DNA of 64,000 bases from a bacterium (GTDB taxonomy: Bacteria > Patescibacteriota > Andersenbacteria > UBA10190 > CAIZMI01). The position numbers and the translations under genes are program-made. The notes under the pieces are model-generated. The model saw nothing but the letters and a program-made list of their open reading frames with translations, was not told where the DNA came from and did no database searches. Below are positions 30,990-41,099 of this stretch, one piece after another (position 1 is the stretch's first letter; each line of letters opens with the position of its first letter). Where the stretch lies: assembly GCA_030647555.1 (NCBI GenBank), contig JAUSJG010000004.1, positions 36,661-100,660 on the forward strand. The letters run 5' to 3'.

Positions 30990-33900
30990 ATAACAATAAT
31001 GATTGGGCTTGATTAGGAATAATAATCGTCTCTTCTTCGGCTACAGCCTCGCGAGCCAGGGCTATCAGTTCTTTAAGGTTATCATTATACGGCTTTTGGT
31101 TTCGGTGCGCCTTCGCGACATCTCTCACAAGATTATCCATTTTACTGTTGAGCAAGTGATTGTGGGTGTTAAAAGCATTACCCACCAGATCTATTTCCTC
31201 CAGCGTGTAATTATGGTCGTGCATAATCCGCAATATCATCGCTTTTTGCCCCGTCGGCAATGACGCTTCTTCGTTGCCGATCGAGAAATTTGTCGGTATG
31301 TCGGCCACCTCTTTCAGTTTAATCTTATCAAGAGTTAGCTTATCGACATCCCTGCGATTGTCGGTTTCATTGGTTCTAATTAATCGTAAAGCTTCCAGGA
31401 CCGGCATAGCGCTACGCTCCTCGCCGTTTCGGTTCATTTTAATGAATTGAGGTATCAGTTTTTCATGGTCTTTGTAAAGTTCGCTTAATGCTAAAACCTC
31501 CGGCAATAATTCATCCTTTTTCGTTGGTAAAACAGCCCACTTGCCTTTTGGGATGTTATAAATTGACTGCTTGTATTCTTCTGTTTTTTCCGTGTCATTC
31601 GCAAACTGTTTCAAATCGTGCACAAAGTCGTCTTCGGCAAGTAAAAAGTCACCTGCTTCTTCAGCGAGCTGATAAGCCCTAAGCCTCTTTTGTTCGTCGT
31701 CGCTGTAAATCTCAATAAACTCCATCGGGTTAGCTGTTTCCCCCAGCACCGACTGATCAATTCCGATTGTGCTATTAATTAATTCAATTTTTCCCTCCAA
31801 TCTTTTTACCAGTCTTAAATATGCCTCTAGTTTTTTATCGGGGCTCATATTAAAAATAATTATTTTCGCGTATTCCGATCCAAGCCGGTTCACGCGCCCG
31901 TTGCGTTGTATCATACGCACGGGATTCCAGTGCAGGTCATAATTAATAATTGTTCCGCAGTCTTGCAGATTTTGCCCTTCAGAGAGAATATCTGTTGAAA
32001 ACAAATAACGCAATTCACCCTTGTTTTTATCGCATTGCTTGTAATGTTTGGCAATTGGCGCGAAACGTCCCGCAAGGTCTGTCGCCTCGTCACGATTTTT
32101 TCCAGTAAGAAAGCCTGCGTTTGTTTCATTCACCAAACCACCCGACGCGACTTGTATGTTTGCTTTTAAATATTCCACAGTATCAGAAAAGTAAGAAAAT
32201 ACCAGTACTTTTTCCCCCGCCGGTTTTGTTTTGTTCAGCTCCACTAAAACATTTGCCAACTTGGCCAATTTTGTGTCGCCTTGTTTAAACAACAAAAGAC
32301 AATCTGAAATAATCTTTATAATTTCTTTTTCCATGGTTATGTCTTTCTTAAATGCCTCCACGTTGTATTTGTTTTCATCTACCTCGTCTTGAACATGCTT
32401 TTCCAAAAGTTCGGCATCCACATCACTCAAATCTTCCTCGTCTTCATCACGCATCGCGTCACACAGAACATCAAGATCTTTCATTGCTAATATTTTTTCT
32501 TGCTTAAGCCCCTTTTCAAACATAACGAGATTGTTTTCGTATTTTTTCAATGATTTTTCGATGGCGTACACTGAAGATTCCATGCGTTTTAAAAAGATAG
32601 TGCGAAAAATGCCGTAAATGCCACGTTGTTGTTGGAGCGCTTTGCTTTGTTCGGCAGGCAAACGCATTTCTTTTATTTGTTCTTTGGTTTTTCCATAATA
32701 TCTTGTTTGATAAATACGCCACCGATACGGAATAAAGCCCAACATCAGAATCATTTGATATACAAAATAAACGGGAGATTCATTAGTCAGATCAGCTTCT
32801 GAATAAACTCGCTCCGCCAGTTCCAGTTGATCCAAAGGATGCATAAGCATACTGCATTTTTCCACGATATCCTCGGGTTTCCTGCTGTAAACAGACAACA
32901 AATCAATCTGTTGTGACTTGTTCTCCATAATTTTTTTGGTCATTTCCGGTGGCAAATGATAATTGGCGTTTTGGGGATCTGCCTTGGGAAATTCGTATTC
33001 TTTTCCGTTTATAATTAGTTTTCCGTATTCTTTTTCAATACCCTGACGCGTTCGACGCACAACAAGGGTGCGAATAATCGGAGCCATGATTTGCTTAATT
33101 TCTGCATAATCCGGCATTTCCTCTTTATTAAGTTTGCGATTGATTTTATTTTGCAAATCAGCTACGGCCTGAAAAAAATCTTTCATCTCGCTTTGTCCGG
33201 TTTTCCGATCAACAGTCATCACCTTATCCACAACATCCCCTCTGCCTCTTGTGCCAAGTATCAGCTGTCTACTTAAGTCTTGAATTTCGTTATTGATTGG
33301 TGTGGCGGTTAATAAAAGCACATCAGCTTTTTTGTTATTTCTAATCCAATTTAATAACGCATTGTATCTGGTACCGCCGGTTTTTCTTAGGTTATGTGAT
33401 TCATCAACAACAAACAACGACACAGAAGCCAAATCATCAAGTTTTTGCTCTTCTTTCATTGCGTTAATATTTTGAAGGATCACGGGTTTCAGATGCATCA
33501 CACCGGAGTTTATTAATTCTGCTTTCCATTGTTCCTCCAATGACTTCGGACATACCACGATTACCCGCTTCTTACCCTCCTCACTATCAAGATAATGTTT
33601 CATAACTTCGATTGCCGTGTATGTTTTTCCCAACCCCACCGAATCGGAAAGCATCGCTACGTGATATTTTTCCAGCTTTCTAAGTAACTGTTGAACATTT
33701 CTTTTTTGGAATTCCATTAACTCATAACTTTTATCCGTACTTTCCTTGAGAGCAACATCCTCTAGTTCGTCTTTGTAGAGTTCGTAAAGGGTTTTTATGT
33801 ATGTTTCATATGGACTGAATAATACGTCGCCAACAGGAGACATTTCCAGAATCTCAATAAATTTTCCGTTCCAATTTTCCGTTGTCGGGTCATTCCATAA

Positions 33901-34452
33901 TTGATCAAACCAAAACAAGTGCCCCACTTCTTGTTGCTCCGATTGCGGTTGAAAGGTTACAATCCGCGAGTCCTCTTCGATATCATTTAATTCCGTATTC
34001 ACCGTTAGACCATTTTTGGTAAAATTTGACGAGCCGATTATGCCAACCGCTTCATTTGATTTATAATCGCCAAAAACATAACACTTGGCGTGTAAAAATG
34101 TTTTTCGATAGACTTTAACTTCCAGTTTTCCCGCGCTGATTAATGCTTTTATTTGAATTACAACTTCCTTGAGTTTTTTGTCTTGAATAATATTTTCTAA
34201 ATCGTGAAAAATATCCTTGTCTGGAAAATCCGGTTCTGGGGCACTTATTGCGTGTCGAGGAATAAGGGGTTCGCGTCCTATCAATAATCGGATTTTATCC
34301 AAATTTTTTATTTTATCAATAAGCAGAGCGGTGCCGGGCAAATCCCAATAGCCTGTCGCTATTGATACTTGTTTGAAGTTTGGCATTATCTCGCAAATTA
34401 CATCTGCGAGTTTGTGTCTGCTATTGTCGATAATTTGGGGTATTTTAGGCAT
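30970..34452 (-). CDS. PLD-family nuclease domain fused to SNF2/SF2 helicase, 1160 aa
   Basis: N-terminal HKD motif (HAKCYVFGD ... GSSNFTKNG); helicase motifs I DSVGLGKTYTA, II VVDESHNLR, III LLLTATPINN, VI QRNGRVNRLGS. Confidence 0.85.
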   Translation of the reverse strand: MPKIPQIIDNSRHKLADVICEIMPNFKQVSIATGYWDLPGTALLIDKIKNLDKIRLLIGREPLIPRHAISAPEPDFPDKDIFHDLENIIQDKKLKEVVIQIKALISAGKLEVKVYRKTFLHAKCYVFGDYKSNEAVGIIGSSNFTKNGLTVNTELNDIEEDSRIVTFQPQSEQQEVGHLFWFDQLWNDPTTENWNGKFIEILEMSPVGDVLFSPYETYIKTLYELYKDELEDVALKESTDKSYELMEFQKRNVQQLLRKLEKYHVAMLSDSVGLGKTYTAIEVMKHYLDSEEGKKRVIVVCPKSLEEQWKAELINSGVMHLKPVILQNINAMKEEQKLDDLASVSLFVVDESHNLRKTGGTRYNALLNWIRNNKKADVLLLTATPINNEIQDLSRQLILGTRGRGDVVDKVMTVDRKTGQSEMKDFFQAVADLQNKINRKLNKEEMPDYAEIKQIMAPIIRTLVVRRTRQGIEKEYGKLIINGKEYEFPKADPQNANYHLPPEMTKKIMENKSQQIDLLSVYSRKPEDIVEKCSMLMHPLDQLELAERVYSEADLTNESPVYFVYQMILMLGFIPYRWRIYQTRYYGKTKEQIKEMRLPAEQSKALQQQRGIYGIFRTIFLKRMESSVYAIEKSLKKYENNLVMFEKGLKQEKILAMKDLDVLCDAMRDEDEEDLSDVDAELLEKHVQDEVDENKYNVEAFKKDITMEKEIIKIISDCLLLFKQGDTKLAKLANVLVELNKTKPAGEKVLVFSYFSDTVEYLKANIQVASGGLVNETNAGFLTGKNRDEATDLAGRFAPIAKHYKQCDKNKGELRYLFSTDILSEGQNLQDCGTIINYDLHWNPVRMIQRNGRVNRLGSEYAKIIIFNMSPDKKLEAYLRLVKRLEGKIELINSTIGIDQSVLGETANPMEFIEIYSDDEQKRLRAYQLAEEAGDFLLAEDDFVHDLKQFANDTEKTEEYKQSIYNIPKGKWAVLPTKKDELLPEVLALSELYKDHEKLIPQFIKMNRNGEERSAMPVLEALRLIRTNETDNRRDVDKLTLDKIKLKEVADIPTNFSIGNEEASLPTGQKAMILRIMHDHNYTLEEIDLVGNAFNTHNHLLNSKMDNLVRDVAKAHRNQKPYNDNLKELIALAREAVAEEETIIIPNQAQSLLLYARENK

Positions 34453-34559
34453 TGATAATCACTAATTCTCAAAAAATTATTTCAAAGACTATGCAATTAA
34501 ATTACTCTCATTGGACGGTATAATCAACCATTCTGTATGTAGTATTTGGCATATTGGAG

Positions 34560-34799
34560 CAACAGACACCTCCTGTATCAAAGTCTTGTCTTGTTCTTTG
34601 ACAACAACCGGTGGTTTTTGTTACATTTCCAACTGAAGCATGCAATAATACCTTAAGAGGCGCTGGGGTGTTCCCTCGGAGATTCCGGGGCTTAAGCTCC
34701 AGATAACCACCTCTCAAGACGCTGCTTCTACTAGAAGATGATAAATTTGGATCGGGGCGTCCCCGGTCGGCAAGGGGTCCCGCAAGGGACTTTTTGTTA
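34560..34799 (+). ncRNA. candidate small structured RNA ending in an intrinsic terminator (identity unresolved)
   Basis: 515-bp gene-free interval with GC-rich paired segments (GGGGCGUCCCCGG ...); perfect terminator GGUCCC-GCAA-GGGAC + UUUUUGUU at 34776-34799. Confidence 0.3.
34775..34799 (+). terminator. rho-independent terminator
   Basis: ggtccc gcaa gggac followed by tttttgtt. Confidence 0.6.
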
Positions 34800-34967
34800 T
34801 TATGGGAATACTTTGTATCCATATCCATCAACCTTTCCGTTGTTGGAAATGGCTACTTCTGATACCCATATACTACATACCAAATACAAGATACTCCGTG
34901 CGCTGGACAAAATTCTTATTATCGTTTAATCTGCTTAAGTCAATTAAAGTAATCATTTCTCACCCAT

Positions 34968-35246
34968 ATGGCACATAAAAAAGCTGGAGGTTCAACCGCG
35001 CTGGGTCGCGATTCGCAAGGGCAACGCCTTGGCGTTAAAATTTATGGCGGTTCCAAGGTTACAGCCGGGGCGATTATTGTTCGTCAACGCGGATCAGGCT
35101 ATCGCGCCGGTACCAATGTAAAAATCGGCAAAGACGATACGCTTTATGCGCGCGTAGCCGGAATTGTGAAGTTTCAACAAAAGAAATTGCGGTCATTCCA
35201 CGGCAAGACTATCATTCGAAGTCTAGTACACGTGTTGAGCAAATAA
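34968..35246 (+). CDS. rpmA: 50S ribosomal protein L27
   Basis: [28 protein letters not shown] ... canonical L27. Confidence 0.9.
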   Translation: MAHKKAGGSTALGRDSQGQRLGVKIYGGSKVTAGAIIVRQRGSGYRAGTNVKIGKDDTLYARVAGIVKFQQKKLRSFHGKTIIRSLVHVLSK

Positions 35247-35429
35247 TCTCAACTAAAGGACAGCCATTGGGCTGTTTTTTAGCAAATACACGACGGAATC
35301 CCTCCCCGCCTCCCTTTGAACAAAGGGAGGAATCGCGACGTTTCCCTCCTTTGTTCAAAATTGCACACGCCTCGGCGGTGTTGCCCTGATGGGCTAAAGG
35401 GCGGGGGTGGATTATTCGAAAATAATATA

Positions 35430-37112
35430 TTAACTTCTATCTTTGATGGCCGCTTTAATAAACCCATCAAAAAGCGGGTGCGGTACGTTTGGGCGACTGT
35501 TAAATTCCGGGTGGAATTGTACCGCCACGAAGAACGGATGGTCTTTAAGTTCAACAATTTCCACGAGGTTATTATCAGGTGTTGTGCCGGAAATTATTAG
35601 CCCTTTTGCCTCGAGTGTTTCGCGGTAGTCGTTATTGAATTCGAAGCGGTGGCGGTGGCGTTCGGTGATTTCCTTCTTTCCGTATAATTCACGCGCCCTA
35701 GACCCGTTTTTGAGGCTACAAGGCCAGGCACCAAGACGCATTGTGCCACCCTTACGGTCGATTCCCTTTTGGCTTTCCATGATGTGAATTACTTGGTTGG
35801 CGGATTTTGGATTGAATTCTTCACTGGCGGCGTCGGCAATACCTGCAACATTGCGGGCAAACTCAATTGTTGCCAGTTGCATGCCAAGACAAAGACCTAA
35901 ATACGGAATATTGTTTTCACGGGCATATTGAATTGCTTGGATTTTTCCTTCCGTGCCACGTTTTCCAAAACCGCCCGGAACAACCATTCCTGCCACTTTT
36001 TTTAAAGTTTTTACAGAAAGTTTTTTCTTTTCAATTTCTTCCGCGTCCACCCAAACTATTTCTAAATCACGCCCGTTATTCCAGCAAGCGGCCTTCAAAG
36101 CTTCGGTCATGCTCATATATGTATCTTTCATCTCGAGATACTTCCCTACTATCGCAATCTTTAATTTCGGTTTTTTTTGCTTGATTATTTTGACTAATTT
36201 TTCCCAATGCCCGTTCTTGAATTTCGCTTTTTGTTCAATGTTAAAATGTTTGAGAATTAATTTGTCCAACCCATATTCCTGCATTAAGAGTGGAGCTTCG
36301 TAAACAGAGTCCAATGTTGGCATAGGAACGATGGCGTCCGGCGTAACATTTGTAAACTGTGCCAGCTTTCCAATAATCTTTTCCGGAATCGGATAATCAC
36401 TGCGAACAATTAAAACATCCGGTTGAATGCCGATGTTGCGCAAATCGCGGACGCTGTTTTGCGCGGGCTTGGATTTTACTTCTCCGCTTGCTTCAAGGTG
36501 TGGCAAGAACACTAAATGGACATATAAAACGTTGTCGCGACCCACATCAAGATGTAACTGACGCATTGCCTCATGAAAAACGACACCCTCGTAATCGCCA
36601 ACAGTGCCGCCGATTTCGACGATATGAATATCATAGTCCGCACTTTGAGCGGCTTTCCAAAGTAGAGATTTGATCATGTCTGTTACTTGCGGAATAACCT
36701 GGACGGTTTTGCCTAAGTACAAGCCTTTCCTTTCATTGTCGATAACCGCCGCATAAATGCGTCCGGCCATCACCGACGAATCTCGTGTCAATTTTTCATC
36801 CAAAAATCGTTCATAGTGTCCCAGATCCAAATCCGTTTCGCCACCATCATCCGTAACAAAGCACTCGCCATGCTCTCCCGGATTGAGTGTTCCCGCGTCG
36901 CTATTCAAATACGGATCGAATTTTTGGATATTAACCTTAAAACCCTGTCGTTTTAAGATATTTCCCATTGATGCGCAGGCGATTCCTTTTCCCAGGCCGG
37001 AAAGTACACCGCCTGTAACGACAATAATTTTTGGGTTTTTATTATCAGTCGAAGAACCGCGAGCTTTATTGGTGACTTGCGGGTTGGTTTCTTTTATATT
37101 TTGGGGCATGGG
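35430..37112 (-). CDS. pyrG: CTP synthase
   Basis: GGVLSGLGKGIACAS and DPYLNSDAGTLNPGEHGECFVTDDGGETDLDLGHYERF; C-terminal GATase (GLCLGMQ). The ORF extends to 37208, but the start is likely ~37112. Confidence 0.9.
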   Translation of the reverse strand, partial: PMPQNIKETNPQVTNKARGSSTDNKNPKIIVVTGGVLSGLGKGIACASMGNILKRQGFKVNIQKFDPYLNSDAGTLNPGEHGECFVTDDGGETDLDLGHYERFLDEKLTRDSSVMAGRIYAAVIDNERKGLYLGKTVQVIPQVTDMIKSLLWKAAQSADYDIHIVEIGGTVGDYEGVVFHEAMRQLHLDVGRDNVLYVHLVFLPHLEASGEVKSKPAQNSVRDLRNIGIQPDVLIVRSDYPIPEKIIGKLAQFTNVTPDAIVPMPTLDSVYEAPLLMQEYGLDKLILKHFNIEQKAKFKNGHWEKLVKIIKQKKPKLKIAIVGKYLEMKDTYMSMTEALKAACWNNGRDLEIVWVDAEEIEKKKLSVKTLKKVAGMVVPGGFGKRGTEGKIQAIQYARENNIPYLGLCLGMQLATIEFARNVAGIADAASEEFNPKSANQVIHIMESQKGIDRKGGTMRLGAWPCSLKNGSRARELYGKKEITERHRHRFEFNNDYRETLEAKGLIISGTTPDNNLVEIVELKDHPFFVAVQFHPEFNSRPNVPHPLFDGFIKAAIKDRS

Positions 37113-37306
37113 ATGTAGAAGTTTAATTTCTATTAGGGCTTGGTAATTAATAAACGCTTCAATATTATGTTTAATACGCTTCAAAGACGACTGACTTTGA
37201 TTGAACAAAATCTTGAAACGTACTTAACGTACGTTGAAAGATTTTTGATTGAGAAGCAGTTGTATTTGAAGATGGATTGGACATAAGATGAACCGTTTAT
37301 TAATTA

Positions 37307-37789
37307 CTAAGCCCTTATCTTCGCGGATTTATCTTCTTCACCTTCGACGACAACAATCACGTCCGCCTCGAGTGCGTGAGGAAATTCCAGATGCACCGGC
37401 GTTTCGCCGATTTGCTTAATTGGACTCTTAAGACGAACAACGCTTTTAGACAACTTGGTTCCTATGGCCTTCTCAATTTCTACCGTAATATCCTTAGCGG
37501 AAATAGAACCAAACGCTTGTCCTTCCGGACCAACTTTCAACTTCATTGGGATTGTTTTTCCATCAATAGAGTCTACTTGTTTTTGTACTTCTTCTAAAAG
37601 CATCTTTTGTTCCTCTTGTTTCTTTGCAGCCTTCTTTTCAACTTCCTTAACACGTCCATCAGTGGCTTGTGCCGCTAAACCATTAGTAAACAAATAATTA
37701 CGTGCGTATCCTTCGCTCACATTAACCACATCGCCGGCCAATCCGACATTTTTTACGTTTTCTAACAAAACTACATTGATATCAGTCAT
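37307..37789 (-). CDS. rplI: 50S ribosomal protein L9
   Basis: MTDINVVLLENVKNVGLAGDVVNVSEGYARNYL. Confidence 0.85.
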   Translation of the reverse strand: MTDINVVLLENVKNVGLAGDVVNVSEGYARNYLFTNGLAAQATDGRVKEVEKKAAKKQEEQKMLLEEVQKQVDSIDGKTIPMKLKVGPEGQAFGSISAKDITVEIEKAIGTKLSKSVVRLKSPIKQIGETPVHLEFPHALEADVIVVVEGEEDKSAKIRA

Positions 37790-37870
37790 GGGAAAAATAT
37801 AACACTATGGGTATACACAATGCAATAAGGAGTCAAGAGAGGTTGTTTTTGCATTTTAACACATCAAATT

Positions 37871-38028
37871 ATCAATTTTCAATGACCAATTTTCAATTAA
37901 TTATCCAACCTTCGCTAAAGCTTCGGTTGGCAGGCAATGGCTCAATTAGTTGAGTTACGGCGTCGTCTTTTGATAATTATAAAATTGAACATTCATTGAT
38001 AATTGGTCATTGAAAATTGATAATTAAC
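37871..38028. repeat. intergenic palindromic repeat, family B (arms ATCAATTTTCAATGACCAATTTTCAATTAATTATC / TTGATAATTGGTCATTGAAAATTGATAATTAA)
   Basis: Inverted arms of about 32 bp flank a 90-bp core containing the hairpin CCAACC...GGTTGG; right arm near-identical to 60477-60507. Confidence 0.7.
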
Positions 38029-38043
38029 ACTCGAGGATTTGAT

Positions 38044-39267
38044 CTATCGAGAATTTTCTATCTCAGTTTGTAGAACGCCAACCGCCTTATCCAATTGCAC
38101 GTCAATTTTGTCCGTTGAATCTTGGTCATCAACTTCAATGTCGGGCGTGATGCCTTTTTCATGAATGGCGTCGCCTTTTGGCATAAACCATTTGGCAATC
38201 GTCACGCGCAGACTGGAGCCATCGCTAAGGCTGATCATTTCCTGAACCGAACCTTTTCCAAAAGATTTTTCACCGATGATTTTAATTCCACGATTATCCC
38301 GCAAGGCCCCCGCAAGAATTTCCGACGCAGACGCCGACCCGCCATTCAATAAAACAATGGTTGGAATTTTGTTCAGCTCCCCCGGACCCATGGAATAATG
38401 GGTGACGGTTTTTTTAGGATCAATAGGAATTTCCTTCACCACGACGTCTCCCGTTTTTAGGAAGTGGCCGGCGATTTCCACGGCGCCATCCAAAACTCCT
38501 CCCGGGTCGTTGCGCATATCCAAAACAATTCCTTTTACGCGCGCTTGCGAAAGTTGTTTTACAATTTCCTTAAATTTTACGGCCGTATCTTCATGAAAAA
38601 CCGACAAATTAATAATACCGATGCCATCTTTTATCTCAAGCGTGACGCTTTTTAACACGATATTGTCTCGCTTTATCGTAATCTCAATCGTTCCGTCTTG
38701 TTTTTCACGAATAATTTTCAATTTTACTTCCGTACCAACGGGACCGCGAATTCGATTGGCAATTTCCGTGATCGATTCGTCCTGTTTAATTATTTTATCA
38801 TCAATCGCGATGATGTAGTCGCCCGCCTTTACGCCCGCTTTTTGTGCCGGCGAATCTTTTAACGGCGCCACGACTGTCACAAGATCGTTTTTGATGGAAA
38901 TTTCCACGCCTATTCCGGAAAATTGACCGCTAAGTTCCTCGGCAAATTGTTTTGTTTCTTCCTTGTTGGCGTAGGCGGAAAACGGATCGTCTAATCCGGA
39001 AACAAGACCCTTTAAAATTCCATCCGAAAGATTTTCATCTTTGATCGGGCTGACATATTTTTTGTGAACAATCTCCCATACTTCATTGATTAAATCGGTA
39101 CTAATCGCCCTGGGTAATTCACGAGAAAAAATGCTGGGCCGTGTAAATGAAGCATTGTTGGCAGTGGGTGCGAGATTATTTTTGCCGACACTTGTGCCAA
39201 TAAAAAAAGCGACTACAACTAATAAAATATAACCAATACGATGTAGTTTTTGGAAATTAATTGTCAT
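38044..39267 (-). CDS. carboxyl-terminal processing protease (S41) with PDZ domain
   Basis: PDZ region plus S41 motifs TVVLLNGGSASASEILAGALRDN and GEKSFGKGSVQ. Confidence 0.85.
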   Translation of the reverse strand: MTINFQKLHRIGYILLVVVAFFIGTSVGKNNLAPTANNASFTRPSIFSRELPRAISTDLINEVWEIVHKKYVSPIKDENLSDGILKGLVSGLDDPFSAYANKEETKQFAEELSGQFSGIGVEISIKNDLVTVVAPLKDSPAQKAGVKAGDYIIAIDDKIIKQDESITEIANRIRGPVGTEVKLKIIREKQDGTIEITIKRDNIVLKSVTLEIKDGIGIINLSVFHEDTAVKFKEIVKQLSQARVKGIVLDMRNDPGGVLDGAVEIAGHFLKTGDVVVKEIPIDPKKTVTHYSMGPGELNKIPTIVLLNGGSASASEILAGALRDNRGIKIIGEKSFGKGSVQEMISLSDGSSLRVTIAKWFMPKGDAIHEKGITPDIEVDDQDSTDKIDVQLDKAVGVLQTEIENSR

Positions 39268-41053
39268 TGGCTTTGGGAAGTGTAACGGCGATATGTAATT
39301 CCTTAAGTTGTTTTTCAGAAACTTCCGAAGGTGCGCTCATCATCGCGTCTTGGGCCTTACCGTTCTTGGGGAACGCATAAATATCGCGAATACTTGTCAT
39401 ATCCCAGAGAACCATCATTAGGCGATCAATACCGGGCGCGCACCCACCGTGTGGTGGTGCACCAAACTTAAAGGCCGAAATCATTCCACCAAAACGTTTT
39501 TCAACTTCTTCCTTAGTGTAACCGGCGATTTCAAACGCTTTGTACATAATTTCCGGTTCGTGGTTTCGGATTGCGCCGGAGCTTATTTCAAAACCGTTCA
39601 AGACAAAATCATACTGGTACGCCAAGATTTTCAACGGATCTTGTTCGTTTAATGCTTTCATCCCACCTTGGGGCATCGAAAATGGGTTATGTGAAAAATC
39701 AATTTTGTTTTCTTCCTTGTTGAATTCGTACATCGGGAAATCCACCACCCAGCACCAAGCGGCCTTTTTGGGATCTTTCAGACCGAGCAAGTCGGCAGTG
39801 GCGATTCTTACCTGCCCAAGTGAACTGCACGTTTTTAGCCACTCACCCGCCCCAAAGAATAAGCCATCACCGTCAACGGCACCAGCTTTTTCAATCAATT
39901 TTTTTGTAAGATCTTCACCCAAGTATTTATCGATCGGTGACGCCGGCTTTCCGTCTTTAATTAAAATATAGGCCAAGCCGTTTGCGCCGGAAGCCCTCGC
40001 TTTTTCGGTTAAACCATCTATTTCACTGCGTGTGAATTTTGCGCCACCCGTTACATGCAACATTTTTACCACGCCGTCATTTTTTATAACATCAGAAAAC
40101 ACTTTAAATCCGCAATCTTTTACCATTTCCGAAACATCGTAAATTTTTAGATCATAACGTAGATCGGGTTTATCAATCCCATATGTATTCATCGCGTCGT
40201 GCCAGGTAATGCGCGGAAACGGTGCCTGGAGAACAGTTTTTTCACTAAACTCATTTGTGAGTTCAATCATTAATGGCTCAATCATTTGAAAAACGTCTTC
40301 TTGTTCCACAAAACTCATTTCCATATCGAGTTGATAGAATTCTCCGGGATGCCGATCGGCCCGAGGATCTTCATCACGGAAACACGGCGCGATTTGGAAA
40401 TAACGGTCAAAACCGGCCACCATTAATAATTGCTTGAATTGTTGTGGCGCTTGCGGTAGCGCATAAAATTTTCCCGGATAAAGCCGGCTGGGTACTAAAA
40501 AGTCACGGGCGCCTTCGGGGGATGAATTAGTTAAAATCGGCGTTTGTACTTCCGTAAAGTCATTTTTGTGCATATATTGTCGAATGTATGTAATCAATTC
40601 GTCACGACGCTTTAATAAATCTTGCAGTCGTCGATGTCGCAAATCAAGGAAACGATATTTCAGACGAATTTCTTCGTTGGCATTGCTTTCGCCCGCAATT
40701 TCAAATGGCAGGTTTTCGCAAGTGCTCAAAATTTCCGCCGATTTTACTTCAATCTCAATTTCACCCGTTGAAAGGTTCTTATTAATCATATTTGCCGGAC
40801 GCGCCGTGACTTCGCCGGAAATTTTAATTACATATTCATTTCTTAGCTTGTTGCCCAGTTCAAAAATTTCCTTTCCCGATTCTTGGCGAAAAGTAAGTTG
40901 GGTTATACCGTAACGATCTCGCAAATCAATAAAAATAACGCCGCCGTGATCACGGCGAGTATTCACCCAACCGGCCAAATTTACCGTTTCACCGACCTGC
41001 TCTTTTCTTAGGGCCCCACAATCGTGGGTGCGAATGGAAGTTTTGGTAGTCAT
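39257..41053 (-). CDS. aspS: aspartyl-tRNA synthetase
   Basis: N-terminal OB anticodon-binding domain; class II motifs (FRDEDPRADRHPGEFYQLDMEMSF; GGCAPGIDRLMM). Confidence 0.9.
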   Translation of the reverse strand: MTTKTSIRTHDCGALRKEQVGETVNLAGWVNTRRDHGGVIFIDLRDRYGITQLTFRQESGKEIFELGNKLRNEYVIKISGEVTARPANMINKNLSTGEIEIEVKSAEILSTCENLPFEIAGESNANEEIRLKYRFLDLRHRRLQDLLKRRDELITYIRQYMHKNDFTEVQTPILTNSSPEGARDFLVPSRLYPGKFYALPQAPQQFKQLLMVAGFDRYFQIAPCFRDEDPRADRHPGEFYQLDMEMSFVEQEDVFQMIEPLMIELTNEFSEKTVLQAPFPRITWHDAMNTYGIDKPDLRYDLKIYDVSEMVKDCGFKVFSDVIKNDGVVKMLHVTGGAKFTRSEIDGLTEKARASGANGLAYILIKDGKPASPIDKYLGEDLTKKLIEKAGAVDGDGLFFGAGEWLKTCSSLGQVRIATADLLGLKDPKKAAWCWVVDFPMYEFNKEENKIDFSHNPFSMPQGGMKALNEQDPLKILAYQYDFVLNGFEISSGAIRNHEPEIMYKAFEIAGYTKEEVEKRFGGMISAFKFGAPPHGGCAPGIDRLMMVLWDMTSIRDIYAFPKNGKAQDAMMSAPSEVSEKQLKELHIAVTLPKANDN

Positions 41054-41099
41054 TGCTTAAAAGGATAGCGTAAGACCGAAGTCAGTACAAGGAAATTTA

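Noticed and set aside
34453-34967. Assignment of the interval to SRP RNA, tmRNA or RNase P RNA
   Set aside because: I compared the interval by eye with the conserved cores (SRP GGAAGCAGCCAAGG, tmRNA 5' GGGGCUGAUUC / 3' tRNA-like end, RNase P P4) and found no convincing match on either strand. It is kept only as an unresolved structured-RNA candidate.
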